A stretch of 64,000 bases of DNA from Botryllus schlosseri (Eukaryota): NCBI GenBank assembly GCA_051294905.1, contig CM119385.1:10974001-11038000 (forward strand), written 5' to 3'. The stretch's first letter is position 1. Every line of letters starts with the position of its first letter. Below, piece by piece: positions 27,715 to 41,200 of this stretch. The position numbers and the translations under genes were made by a program. The notes under the pieces were generated by a model that was not told the origin of the DNA, searched no databases, and saw nothing but the letters and a program-made list of their open reading frames with translations.

Positions 27715-28990
27715 AGGGTTGGTTTGGTTTGATTACGGTATGTTCACAAACCACATTGGGTTCAGTCATGTTCAAAATGAGGTCAGTCCACGGTACGGTT
27801 AAGCGTTATAGTGTCATTATGGTTAAGGAGAAGGGTCATAGTGTCAATATGGTTAAGGAGAAGGGTCCTAATGATACCATCCCCCAACCGGCCTACCCTA
27901 ATGACCCTAACCTAACACACTATAATGAGTGAATGACCGTTATCCGAAGAAACCGCACACCCTGGCGCCTGGCCTAATGACCCTCACCCCAACCCTACCC
28001 TACCCTATAAACCACTAACCAGTAATTCACGAGCACAACCGGACAACCGTAATCACCCTAAACCTCAACCCTAATGAATTAATGATACTAACCTGCAACG
28101 GCTGCAACTCTAATGACACTGTAATCCTTAAACCGTAGACAGACCTTATTGTGATCGTAGCCATACGTAGCGACTGACCTTCATGTGAACATGAGACTGG
28201 TACCTTATTGTGAACATGCTGATCTTATTTTAAACAGCTTTCTCGGAATTACAGAACTTAAATATACAATTAAATAGTATAATCATGATATTGAAATGAA
28301 CATGAATATTTTCGGCCGACACTCGTGAGGGGTAATCGTCAGCAACTATAGTAGGGAATTCAAAAGAACATTGTATATCAACAATCTTATCACAACATAT
28401 GACGCCACCAGCATGGAATTTTTAATACGAGAGCGTTCAATGTGCTATATTTCTAGATGATACACGAACGCATTTTGTTTACACAGCCTTGGCTGTTTTG
28501 AGCGTGAGACTGTTCTTATTGTGAACACGATTCTTGTGCACGCAAACTGATCCTATCGTTGCATGCATAAAGAGTGAAGACCCCAAGCCACACCCTATTG
28601 ACCCTAACACTAAGTACCGTATGTACACACCCCAACCCTAATGACACTCACCCCCAATCCTAAAGAAAATAAACCACACCCTAATGACTCTAGCCCTAAA
28701 GACCCTAACCCACACACTTATCACCCTACCTCAAATCCTAAGGACACTCGCCCCCAACCCTAAACCACAACAGTAATGACCCTAATCCCCAACTGAAGGA
28801 CCCTCACCCAAACCATGATGACACAACAACCCTTAATAATGGAGTGACATTCTTGTGAACATACGACTGACCTTATTTTGAACATGACTAACCTTGTGAA
28901 CACGAGACTGACCTTGCTTTGAACAAAACTGACTTTATTTTGAACATAATCGCATCAAAGTTGTAGGTAATTTAGGGTAGTTTAGTGTGG
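27715..28990. repeat. Composite repeat of degenerate (ACCCTAA)-like tracts and ~22-bp GACTGACCTTATTGTGAACAT units
   Basis: Many accctaa/cctaacc variants at 27890-28130 and 28590-28840. gactgacctt..gaacat units occur at 28170-28230, 28505 and 28866-28950, with an inverted copy at ~27765-27790. A 30-bp tandem duplication lies at ~27810-27870. Confidence 0.6.
28228..28490 (-). mobile_element. Hammerhead-bearing dispersed repeat copy (motif 28299-28335)
   Basis: Minus strand reads ttaccc-CTCACGA-G-tgtcggc-C-GAAA-ATAT-TC-atgtt. Aligns with 9800-10070. Confidence 0.7.
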
Positions 28991-29275
28991 TGGATAATTC
29001 CTACTACCACAAAATCCACAATGAAAACGGTCTTGGTCTTTTGTTTAGTATTGCAAGTTCCATCTTTTCCACAGTCTGGCTCTGAAGTTATGACTCATGA
29101 TACTGTACCTACTATTTTTCTTAATCATATCTTTGCAGGACCTACGAACGTTTGTTGTCTATTCTAGGCCTTGTAGTGACCAAAGAAACGGAAGAGCTTA
29201 CTCTTCATGGCTTAATTGAAATCCCCACAAATCTTCAAGTCGTCAAAAAGTAATGTTCCACTAGGGACTCGGCTA

Positions 29276-32200
29276 ATGGATCAATATGCGCCGATAGCAT
29301 TTGCTGTCCTTATCTTTACATGTAGTAGCGTGGATGCCTTCAGAAACTCTTGTACATTGGGATGCGATTGTACCGATGATTGTCCTGCTAAATATGCCGA
29401 GCTTTGTATGGATAAGGATGATTCTTGGATGCACATGTCATGTGAAAAACTGATGGAAGACACAGTATATAACACGGAGTCTTTGTTGGTTAAGAACAGA
29501 GTCACCAATTTACAGCAACTATGCATAAGCAACAATTCAAGTATTATTGCTCTATCAGCGCGAGTTTTCACACAGAATAATGATATATCAATCACTTGCA
29601 TCCACCTGGCAAATCTGTTGCATCTTGATTTAAGCGGAGGGAATTTAACGCAATATCCATTTGCGGCTTCTGCGTTTCCAAATCTAAAAACTCTCAATCT
29701 GAGCAATAATGCATTCGGAGTTCCAGGTTGGATACAGCTGGACTTATCCAACCTAGAAGTACTCGATTTGTCACACAACTCCATATCAAATTTTAAATTT
29801 TACGGATCATTACCACGACTGAAGAATTTGCTCCTCCATAACAATAGCCTTCGTTTCATCCCTCCTTTACCAGAGTTCACGAATTTGAATTATCTTGACA
29901 TCTCGTACAATGAAATCAGCATTGGGTCTGAGGCTGCGGCATTTACCGATTGTAAAGATGTTTTGCCGTCTGGAATTGGAAGTCTTGTTCTTCGCGGTAA
30001 CAAGATAAAATCATTCCCCGATCGTAATTGTCGCTTACTAGATGGCATGACAAGATTAAAAACCCTGGACTTGGGAGAGAACATGCTGTCATCAATACCG
30101 GACAAGTATATTTACAAATCCTCACTGATGTCAATTGAAACCCTCCTGCTGGACAGGAATGACATCTACTTCATTCCGGATGATATTTTCATGAACTACA
30201 AAAGCCTCGGTCGGCTATCGTTGTCGGAAAACTTCTTGAACACTATATCGAGTAATTTGTTGCAAAATCTGAACCAGGTGTACATCAACTCGATGCAGGC
30301 TGGATCGTTGAATGTACTCTTCTCTGGCAACCCATTCGTATGCAACTGCGATTTGAAGTTGTCATTCCAAAAATTCACCGCCGTGTCGCACTTGACCATC
30401 GCACCAGACGATATTGTTTGTGCGAAGCCTTCTAATCTTGAGGGTGAAATCCTGAAAAATTTGTCCAAGTCCGACTTGAACTGTCCGTATTTTGAGTATC
30501 AAGGCGATGAAGCGTCACAGACCTGTTCAGAAGGAAACAATTGTGAAATAAGCTGTGATGTTCCTCACGGCCGGATATACTGGTTATCTCCAACGGGGGA
30601 CAAGTTATCCATCGAGACGCTTGCGAAAAGTAAAGAGCTCAACGACAGTTATTTTTTGCATGATGATGGCCAGAAGTTGACCATCAGCGAGATTCCTTTG
30701 TGGCGAACGGGAATGTATAGGTGAGATATAAGAACAAAGTGGCATTGTGAACTAACGGGATGTTTACTCAGGTCTTTATTGTTTGAACGCGAGGCCTGTT
30801 GTTATTCGCTGATGAATAGTGTTTTCATCATGACAAGTGGTATAGTTAGTGTGGATTTTTGAATACCCATTTGCCCCTCCATTTTCCATATATGACTTGA
30901 CATTTATCATTATATTCCCGGAGTTTAAGAAATGAATTGTGGATGTGCCATGAAGATAGATAGAATACCTAAAAATATGGTTGTGCATCAATTTCTTTGA
31001 ATTAGCTATTTAGGATTACGGTATTCTCTTATCCAGTGCTTCTCGACTTCTTTTTGTGTGCGACCCACAATGAGATGTGACCATACGAAAGAAAAACAAA
31101 TTAATGAGAGAACAAATAATGTATATGTATGCAATTTACCGTTAATGCAGAAGTTGAGCTTGCATATTAGATATTGTCTGATCAAATCTAAGCTTGATTG
31201 GCTTTTGATTTTCCTTTTCGGGAAATATCCAGAAATATCTAAAATTGAGGTGGACCTATTTACGACCAACCGCCACATGTAAGATCGTCAGCATGCCAAA
31301 AGTTTTTTTATTTATACCTACAAAACTGTTATCATATCAATTAGAAGATTGCTGGCATTCCATAACAACCAAGAGCAGCCCTATATGACTGTAACATTTA
31401 GAAATGTTTTGCTACCCACTTGTTGCGAAGCACTGACGTCTTATCCCTGTAATTACCGCTTCGTGTCACTATTTTGCAGGTGCATCGCAAATTCTTCCTT
31501 CTCATCGACAACGATTGAGGTTGAGGTCAGCATCTTGCCGAATCCTCTCGGATCTATTATTGCGATTGCTGTGTCATCGGTCTCGTTTGCTCTTGCCATC
31601 GCGATCAATTGCTTCAATATGTGCAAGTAAGGAAGTAGCGTGTCATCCGGTGGCATATATTTGCTGTTGCGCTCGGGTTTACACAAGATCATGCACTCGC
31701 GCTGCTACGTTGACGTTAGAATCTGTGGAATAAATTAAACTTTGGTTGCTCAAATTAGAAGTAATCATGACCATCATATCATCCGATACTGTATATGTTT
31801 TTACGTGATCAGCATTGAAAAACTTTGGAGCCTCAAAGTAGGTGATAAATTTTGTACTTTTCCTAATCTGCAATATTCAGTTATTCATGATAGTTTGATG
31901 AATGGGTTTGATATCAAATCGAATTTCAAAAATATAATGCTTCTCGCTATGTACCTGTTTGATTGACAATTGCAAGTACTTTGTGTGTGGAGTGCAGTCT
32001 TACCCTGACACCCTGATGTTAATTCTAAAATCCTACACACGAAAATACTCCTACAGTGACTCAATATTATCCATTCAATGAAATAACTGCTGCATTTCGG
32101 ATTATTCGATTCTATGGTCTGGACTTCGTCCTTAATACAAATTTATGACCTTACATTGCTTCAATCTTCTGGTTCCAACCCTAGCGTGCCATAGCTTGCC

Positions 32201-35200
32201 AGTCTCATCTGACCTTGTTACAAGGTCATGTGCGTTGTTACTTCGCATTCGTGTTCATAATCCCGGTGTTGTAGGTGCTACTGCGAAGCCCTGAGTATGG
32301 AAGAAGATCCAGAGCCACCACGAGAAGAAGTGCACTCGCCATTGAAGCCTTCGAAACAGCGTGGCTTCCACGAGTCGGAAGCCTCTCTCAACGCTAACAA
32401 GTTAGTTTAGATTTTATTATATTTCCACTCGGTCTGCTCACTTAGCATCTCTCTTGTACGCAGATACTACAGAAAATACGACTTTGCGTGTCAGCATGTG
32501 TTCCTCGACACTGTGCTGAAGGGTGCTCACACTGTCAAACAAACTCTCTATGACGCCAGAAATTCAGAGTTTTCCAACAACGTTTGGGAGTATGCGACGC
32601 ATTTGAGGTTTGTGCAGGCTTTGTGTAAGATCTGTGCTTTCGAAAAGTGTCAAAACGCACTTTTATTTGCAGAGACCGGCTTCATATCGAGCTTCCATCC
32701 TCCGTGCATATGCCCCGTGTGTCTATGCCTTCCATTTCGCTTCCTTCGATCAACATGCCAAACATTTCGATGCCGAGCATGCCTAATTTACAGGTGGGTC
32801 TCACTAATAGGCAAAACTACATACTGCTAGTGTTTGGGCTGTTGGTAATTGCTTTAGTCGTTTATAGGGTATAAGCTGCCCTTGCATGAATCCTGTCCAG
32901 TCCAAGTCAACTGATGAATAAAGCGTGAAGTTACCATTGTTCACTTATTTCAATTTGATAGGTTTCAGAATGTTGTAGCTATACTAATGTCACAATTCCA
33001 AATTTTCTTAATAAAACACCCCTAGTAATTGCAGACACCGACTGCAGCAATTTTGAATCATAATAGCCTGCTTTGGCATTCTTTAGTTTTGTCATATTGG
33101 AATTGACAATAAAATTGAAAATATAATCAAGCTCACATTGTTTCATGTTAACTTCAGTCTATCAACTCGAATATTGAACGTCTCGGCACAAGTGTGAAAA
33201 GTCGAAGTCACAACCTCGCCTCATCCGTTGGTTCGGTGTTCACCCTACGATGGTTGAAATATGGAGCAAACGAAAATGACAGCGACTCGGGTGAGTATTA
33301 TTTTTGAAATCTAGAATTTGCTGATTCATATTTACTCTGCCAGCAATAGGCGCCGAACGCTAATTTTCCTTAGGTATGCGGGTTCGATGACGTCACAAAG
33401 GAATGACGTCATAATCCGACAATTGATAATTAGGGTTAATATAGCTTCAATTCATGAGGGTTAAGTGCATGCGTAAATGCCGATTATACAATCTCCTCGT
33501 GGTAACGAACTTGCGCGTATGATAAGCTTGTCAACGAGTCCGGAAGTGCTGTCAATTAGCGAGTCCCTGATCGCTCCCGAACAGTTAGATACGCCACTCA
33601 TCAACGCGTATTACGTAACCTCACTGACGACCAAGTTGTTATGGAATCTGTTCTGTAATGATACCGATTTCAGGTTGTTCATACCTTTCTGGTCTTTTAC
33701 AACTCAAGCCTTGACACACATCTTCTGATGGTTATGTTCAAGTATTAGCGGAGTTCAATTACGCATGCACGGCGCACGCACAATCAATCGCGCATGTCTG
33801 CGGACATTCGGTGTCATTCAGTTTCGCGATGTCACTCTTTAATCACAGTCGCTAATCAGCAAACACCTAAAGGCATTGTCTCCAAGCCATCGAGAGATTG
33901 GAGCCAACGCAAGGCTGAGATGCGATAGTTGGCCGGCGACGATATCTTTCGTACCAGACCTGTTGCAGATGCGATTGTGTAGGCAAGCGATGATATCGTG
34001 CGCGCCAATGCAGATGCGATAGTGCAGGCTAGCGACGGTACAGTACGCACCGGGCCTACTGCTGATGTGATTTTTCAAGCCAGTGAAACTATGCTTGTTG
34101 GAGACGCGATAAATCAGGCAAGCGTCCCAAGCGATCAATGACATAATTTCGCGATCATCTCAGCGGGAAATCGCGTCGCGTTACATTGTGCACAGACGAA
34201 TCTCGCTAATTGGCAACACGCTTCTCGCTAATTGGCCGCGCGCAACGGGTCACCTCGCTCACATAGCAGCAGCAGGTAATGTCGTAAACGGAAATGCAGT
34301 GCGATTTGTTCTGAATAACACAATCGAGGTTTATGCCGATACATGCCAAACCGAATTCTAGGTATGCCTCATACCTAGAAAAATCTCTAGGTATGCGTGG
34401 CATACCTTGCATACCCAGGTTCGGCGCCTATGTTGCCAGCAACCATAAAAGGCAATTCTAGAACTATGTATTCCAATGACAATAGTTTTTCTGTATATGG
34501 CGCATTTCTCTGCACTCTTACCCGATCAAAATCTGTGCTGTGTCGTCAGGTAGAAACTACGGGGTAAGTATAGGATAAATTAAACGTTGAGGGGATAAAA
34601 TCTTGTCAAGATTCACTCAAATGTACCTATAACATACTGTGTTGTTCCTAATAAAACAGTACTGCATACAATGACACTAAGACAAATTTACGAAAAAATT
34701 AATAATATCTGCAAAGATGAGGGCAGCATTAATAATTTACCGTGCAATGTCTGTGAACAGCCGCACTTGCTCAGCAGTTCCACAATTGATCTCGCTAGCC
34801 TGATACCCACTGGCAGCCCCTCCTCTCCCCAAGGACCCAGCCACTGTCGAGCAAAGCCAAGACTGATCCACCTAACACAAAAGAATCTACCAGGGTTGTG
34901 ACCAAGTCAGCAGGCTCCGAGACGCAAGTCAATCTCACATTTAAGGATTTGACTCGAGTCAAGTCGAATCATTTTCAATTCACCGTAGAGTCAAGTCTGA
35001 GTCCAAGTCGACTAGTAGGGGGCCGAGTCCGAGTCATAGTGTTGTGACTCGAGTCCAGTTCACTGTTCAGTTTTGAGTTCAAACCGGTTCAACCCACTTT
35101 CTTCAACTCTGCTCGAGTGATATAGAATGGCTCGCATTCATAATATCGTTAAATTATCGTATAATTCCTCAGTTTTGACAGTTTCTGGCCCTATTTTCAA

Positions 35201-35985
35201 GTATGAGGACTGATGGACAAATTACCAATAACGTGGTAACTTAACTATTCTTCGAAGTTACAATAAAATTATGTCTTGGCGGAGCTAAGTCTCGAGTCAT
35301 ATCACTTGGTTCGAGTCATGCACATTACAAGTCAAGTCAATACAAGTCAAGTCAATACAAAAATTGACTCGAGTCGAGTCATTTTACGCATTTGAAAAAA
35401 TGACTCAAGTCGAGTCACCAAGAAATCGTGACTCGAGTCATGGCCTCCATCAAAAGAATAGTTGCTGATCAAACCAGGGCGCAATCTTGTACCGTACGAT
35501 ATACATTTCTCTTTATTTTAACATCCAAAATTCTTCAGTCTATTTGAAATAGCACTCACATCCTCAAAATTTTTACTTATTCAATTTGCATTTCTAGTCG
35601 CATGGAGAGGCTTGTCCCAGACCTGCTGTATAGATAACTTGCATTTCATAACAAAGTGCATCGACAACATGGTGATGACTGCCGTATTGTAATCGCTTGT
35701 TCTCTTGTAGAATCAGAGCATGTGTCTGTTACACAAGTGCAAGTCCATGTTCATGAAGAAGAAAACTCTGAATCATCTCAAATCGATATTCCTTCGTCTT
35801 CTATCGGATCACTACGTGGCGATGAGGAACATGTTGCTACAATGCAACCGCTGCTTACGGAAACGACCCAGGATCCTGAAGTGACGGTTTCGGTTTTTGA
35901 CTCCAGGGAAGACACTGTTCTGTCAAATACAGAAGCTGGCAACGACACAGTCTCAACGTTTTACCAATTTGAAACAGCTGTGTGA
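29276..35985 (+). CDS. Type I membrane protein: signal peptide, LRR array, LRRCT, one Ig domain, TM helix, long cytoplasmic tail (~796 aa)
   Basis: Exons 29276-30720, 31480-31626, 32275-32400, 32464-32607, 32673-32793, 33158-33290, 35711-35985 (TGA), all phase-consistent. Contains signal MDQYAPIAFAVLIFTCSSVDA, repeated LxxLxLSxN, LRRCT NPFVCNCDL..C, an Ig Cys/Trp/YRC pattern spanning the exon 1-2 junction, and TM GSIIAIAVSSVSFALAIAI. Orthologue not assignable by eye. Confidence 0.85.
33345..34432. mobile_element. Second copy of the CATAGGCGCCGAAC hAT element (inverted), in an intron of the LRR-Ig gene
   Basis: aataggcgccgaac ... gttcggcgcctatg. TSD ctgccagc/ttgccagc. Confidence 0.92.
34891..35440. 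mobile_element. hAT MITE family A copy, right end truncated
   Basis: Starts cagggttgtgaccaagtc and is collinear with 15094-15660; lacks the terminal ttacaaccctg. Confidence 0.85.
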
Positions 35986-36394
35986 AAATTGTATTTTTTG
36001 ACCAATTTACCTATTTGTAATCGGTCATTCTATTTATGTGTATCAACCTTGTTTGACATCTTTGGAATAAAGATTGCACTTTAACTGTCGTGTACACAAT
36101 AGGACCAGTTCAAATAGTCTCCTGCCATTCGCGCTAGATCATTGAGATGCGATATGTGAATGTGAGGTATTAGCTTAGTCGCTTACAACTGTAGTATTAG
36201 TATGATGAAGATATGACAAATGGTATGTTTTGCATTCGTACTTCCTTAATTTGGCTGATGTGTGTCAGACTGAAGCAGAATTGTCACATGGAAACTGCTC
36301 GAGAAAACTCGGCTTCCACAACTAATTGGTTATTGGCGGAACCGAAACAGCACTTCGTCTGTATTTAACTCGATTTTGCCATATATTTAACCAA

Positions 36395-36486
36395 AAAAGA
36401 GGACATTTGTGCGTCCTCCGGGAACACTTAAAAAAAGTAAAAAAAAGAGGACAAATCCTCTTAAAAGATGACTTATGGTAGCCCTA
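36395..36486. mobile_element. Fragment of hAT MITE family C (AGAGGACA repeats)
   Basis: aaaagaggaca repeats ending in tatggtagcccta, as at 61131-61477. Confidence 0.6.
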
Positions 36487-37375
36487 GTCTATAGTCTATA
36501 CCCCATACAAACTGAGCGACCACCACGAAGTCACATTTTAGCGTCGGAATTCACTATTGTGACGTCATTTAGACGATTAAAATCGCGTACACCCCTTGCC
36601 CCACCAGGCCACCACCCGATATTGTCACGAGCCACCACTGATGTATATCGAATTTTCGGTCAGCATGAGGGCAGTCCTTTACGGCCGTAGTTTTCTCGCT
36701 GCTGATCGTTCTGGCGCACTTCTTGGGGGAAGGGTAGGCTACTCAGTACACAATCTACACACGGCTGCATGTGTTTTCTTAGAATATGCGGCGGAGCAAG
36801 TTTGGAATGAATGCAATCCGAATCATTATGCAGAACATTCCTTCACAACACAAACACACCCCGATTATTTTGAGTCACTTCATGTTTTTTGTTTACTTTC
36901 TTTCGGAGTACTGATTTCTGACCGACGTAGCGGCGTATAGCGTAGGCAGGGCGGACCGGCAGAGAATGTAAAGTATAACAATAATGAAGTCTTTAGGTTG
37001 TATTGGTTTGAAATTTTTCAGTATATGGTTTCTGTTGCATGAGTGGGCATTGCGAATGCAATATAAATCATTCTCAATAGGCTACCACCGTTTATCAGCG
37101 GAAAAAGCTTGTGAAACCTTTGAAGCAAGCTTAGGCTTCTTTTTGAGTGGTAACACAATGTCCTGCTGTTCACTTTATCAAATACATGTCAGCTCTCCTT
37201 AGTTAGTGGTCTGCATGTTTTGTCCTCTCAGTGATAAATATCAATGGTAATCGTAACGAGGCTGGTAGTATTGCTGAATAGAATGGACAAAGCATTCTGA
37301 AAAACACTCCGTTTTGGTTGATTCAATGATTTGTAGTACGAAATGTTGTAGAAGTCTGCAGTGATTATTAGAGCG

Positions 37376-38150
37376 ATAATCACCGAAGTGCGGCCTGTTC
37401 TACAGCCTTGGACGCTTCATGTCAGCCTGGGTTCTTCTGATACTCTTTAAATCCTTAATCCAATCAAAGTTACAATATGGCATCCTTTGTTGCGGGGCTG
37501 CCAATAAAACTGTACTCGAGCTACTGCAAAAACCACAACATGAGGTACTTCGTATCATAGCTATAGAGCCCCACAGGGGCCTGGTTGTCCATCCGACAAG
37601 TCACTGCTGAAGAGATTCGGTGTCCTAAACATAGAAGATATGCGGAAACTAGAAATCGCCAAGTTTATGTATCAGTTCCACTGCGGTCGTTGCCCCGAAT
37701 ATTTCAATGACTTTTTTTACCTCGGAATCAAAAGTGCACAAGTACACGCACGTCCACGTCGTCCAAATATCATATGATTGACCGAAAAGATCATCGCTCC
37801 ATCAAATATGCCAGACCGGATGTGTGGAACAGTATACCGCTGGCTATCCGACAGTCGACGAGCATGTCCACATTCAAGTCGAAATGCAAGCAATTACTGC
37901 TGAATGAATACTGGTGCATCCTCAAAATTGCCGGACCACGACTGACCTATCGATCTCGCCTTCCATGACATGCCACCCTGTATTTTTTATTCAGTGTGCA
38001 TGCCTCCACTTTACGTTGCCTAGGCCGAGGTGGCTGTCTGATTCCATAGACTACTCCAATTCGCTTCGACACCTACCTATCTTTTCATTGTATCGCATTT
38101 TTGTGGTGTATTGAACTGATAAAATTGCTAATAAACCAACGATGATGATT
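37376..38150 (+). mobile_element. 5'-truncated L2/CR1-type LINE ending just upstream of the TEX2 first coding exon
   Basis: SKLQYGILCCGAANKTVLELLQK...RKLEIAKFMYQFHCG...RSIKYARPDVWNSIPLAIRQSTSMSTFKSKCKQLLLNEY, followed by the 3' UTR and aataaaccaacgatgatgat. Confidence 0.85.
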
Positions 38151-38253
38151 TTCATCATTGCAGAAACGAATTAATTTGAAAGATATTAGCAGATTGTTTT
38201 CTGACTCATGTCTGCGTTATAGCATGTAAAAAGTTGATGCACGATAAGCCAGC

Positions 38254-41200
38254 ATGCTGCAGAAGGGAAAGCGTGGATTATCTAAACACTCAAAAAAGCC
38301 AATAAATGACACATTTTCACTACACTACAGAGATTTGAATGAAGAAACTGAATTGGAAGATGATGATTCTCAAGATACAAAGGAACAAAACCCACCCAGT
38401 TCCACCAATCTTCAATCAAGCGCAAGTGATATGCAGCCTATGAGTGAAGATATGTCAAAAATCGAAACTGCCGTTGAAACAAAGGATTGGATGGCACAAG
38501 TGCCAGAAAATGAGAGCCTAACGTCACATCTGTCTCATGTAAAAGATGTTGTCGCACATCCTTTAATGCCGACGAAAGATTCATCCGAAGATGATGACTT
38601 TGATGATTTTACTGTCGAGAAAAAACGTAAATTACCGCCCCCAAGGCCTCCACGTCCTCAGATACCACCTACCGAGCCGTCCCAAGAGAAAATTGCGCCG
38701 AAAAGCACACTGTCTAGTGTACTATTTGATCAGAAGTCGAGAACACAATTCATATCATCTTTAAAGAAGAATATACAGCACTATACCCATTCGAGTGCAA
38801 CGCATGCTGATGATACTGCCAAGACTTCAATGTCTTCATCGCAACTATCCAAAAGTGAAGCAATCAAGGTATTTTCGTTACGGTATTCAGTTGAACTATT
38901 TCGCATATTTGACACTTTCGGTGAATAGCGTATTGTTGTGTGTTGTGTTGTGTTATCCAGAAGTAGGCTGCAAATTTAAATTTCCTTTTGCCTGCTTATG
39001 CCCGATGTACTTCAATAATGAGTTATGTCTGATCATCTTGATGATACCTGATTTTAGAGTGCTTTGCTGCGTCGATCTTGATATCATACCACATCTTAGG
39101 CTACCTGGTATGCTTCCCCTTATGTGCCAACTAACTAAATCTGATCAAGATATCAGTGGCTAACCTAACCTATATGGAAAACAACTCTCTTGATTTTTTG
39201 ATGAAGATAATTGCAATACACAGGGTTTGCGCGAAAGAGCTTTGGAACCTTTGAATGTAGCGAAAAAGTCGTTGAGCGATACAGTAAAAGAATATGTACG
39301 TATAACTACTTGATTTCATTTGTGGGAAGCCGTGTCTAATTGATGATGTTACCAGAATGCTGATGTTCTTCGGAAACGGTCTTCATCAGAAAATAATATT
39401 CGGGGTGAGTGACTTATTGTTCTTGCAACTTCTAATCGATATGGGCAATTCAAGAGCCCGGTCACTTTTATCGCTGTATGCAAATTTATTGATGACACAA
39501 AACAGACCTGAATATACTATTAGGATAAAACGCACATGCAGAGTCTCCGAATTTTATGATGTATGTAGGCAGGCCTGTAGCATATTCAATTTAGGTCTGA
39601 CATGCCAAAATATTACCAACTGATTAAAATGTAGCAATCTAATGTATCCATGAAGCATGCTAATCATTCACAATTTATAATCGGTATTGTTGTCCACATC
39701 TTGTGTCAACAGTCTGATAATTTTTAATCCTGTATACCAAACTGAGTGTCTTAATGATTTAGAGATCTTCATTCAAGCAGTTACTGATCCCTGAGTATTG
39801 TTCATATGCAATTGCTGAAGGGTATTAAATAGTCCTGATATATTATGCCAATACAGAGCTGCATTATAATGTATCTGCACGGACATGTCAGCAAATTATT
39901 ATCAGCACTATGTTTTCGAAATGGCTCATAGAATGATTTTCATACATTGTTTATACATGCCAGCCTGTGTGCTATATATTTCAAAGACCTCGCATGTCAT
40001 GGGAAATACCCGGACGAGTGTTAGTAATTTGAATCGAACACCATATGGTAATAATTCCCAGCAGGCATGATGTATTTCTCAAAGAATTACCTTCATTGAG
40101 TAGCCTAGTTCTGACTAATTCAATAGATTAAGGGAATATTGTATTGTGTGGTGGCATGCTTATTTTTTGTTCAGGCATCAATTCAAAGCTAGTGGTTGAT
40201 GAAAGAGTTGAAGCAGACATTTCAAATCTATCTCCTCTCCACAGCCCTACATCGTAAGTACAATATAAAATGTAGTGTGCGCCTCCTACATCAATGAGTT
40301 AACTTACCTTCGAGATAAACACTGGTAGAGTAGCTAGAAGGTGTACTTTTGCTGTTCTGTGACTGACTACCATTAATAATAGTCACTCGATCACGGTATT
40401 GGTCAGCTATTGTTTGCCGTGCAGGCATCATAAAATACAATTAACTTAATTTCAACTAGCTGTAGATTTTATTCCGTAGAAATTGGTAATGTACAAAGGG
40501 TGATTGCGCGTGCGAATGACTGAGGCAATGTTTTGTATCAAAGGTCAACCGCCGTGAGCTTGTCTACTCTTCTTGCCGACGATCATGAAAGCCTCCACGA
40601 AGTCATGGCCGTTCAACCGCAAGAGACTGTGTCGTGAGTTGACAAATGCTAGCGCCTGGTAGTGTTATTTTGTCATAATATCCTTTGATATCTCAGTTCA
40701 GATCCAAAGGTAGACTCTGAGGAATCGGCTACAAAAGTGGAAGCTCCCGAAAGCATCCCGAGGAAAATCATTTCGGCTTTGAAGCGAAGCGATGTAAAAG
40801 GCGATAGCCAAGGAAGCGCCGTGTCGCTGATGTCTCTGTATATAATGGCGGTCGCTATATTTCTCTTCAATATTTTGCCGCTCCCGTTTCCGATACAAGT
40901 CGCAGTAATTTGTAAGTTATCTCATAGCGGTTTTGTTCATAATTTACCGCGTCCAATGAAGTAATCTATTCTACTGTGTTTGAAAGGCTTGCCAATTTTT
41001 ATCACAATATGCAATGTTCTTAACAATTCTCTAGTAGTTACTGACGATTGCCCCTGGCGAGTGTCGGCCGAAAATATTTGTGTTTATTTCAATATGAGTA
41101 TAATTATAATTCTATTCTGCTGTTTATCGAGAAGTGATATTAATGAAAACTTTTTGCCATGCTTGACGTCCGACGGTATTCTAAAATTGCTGTTAAGGCT

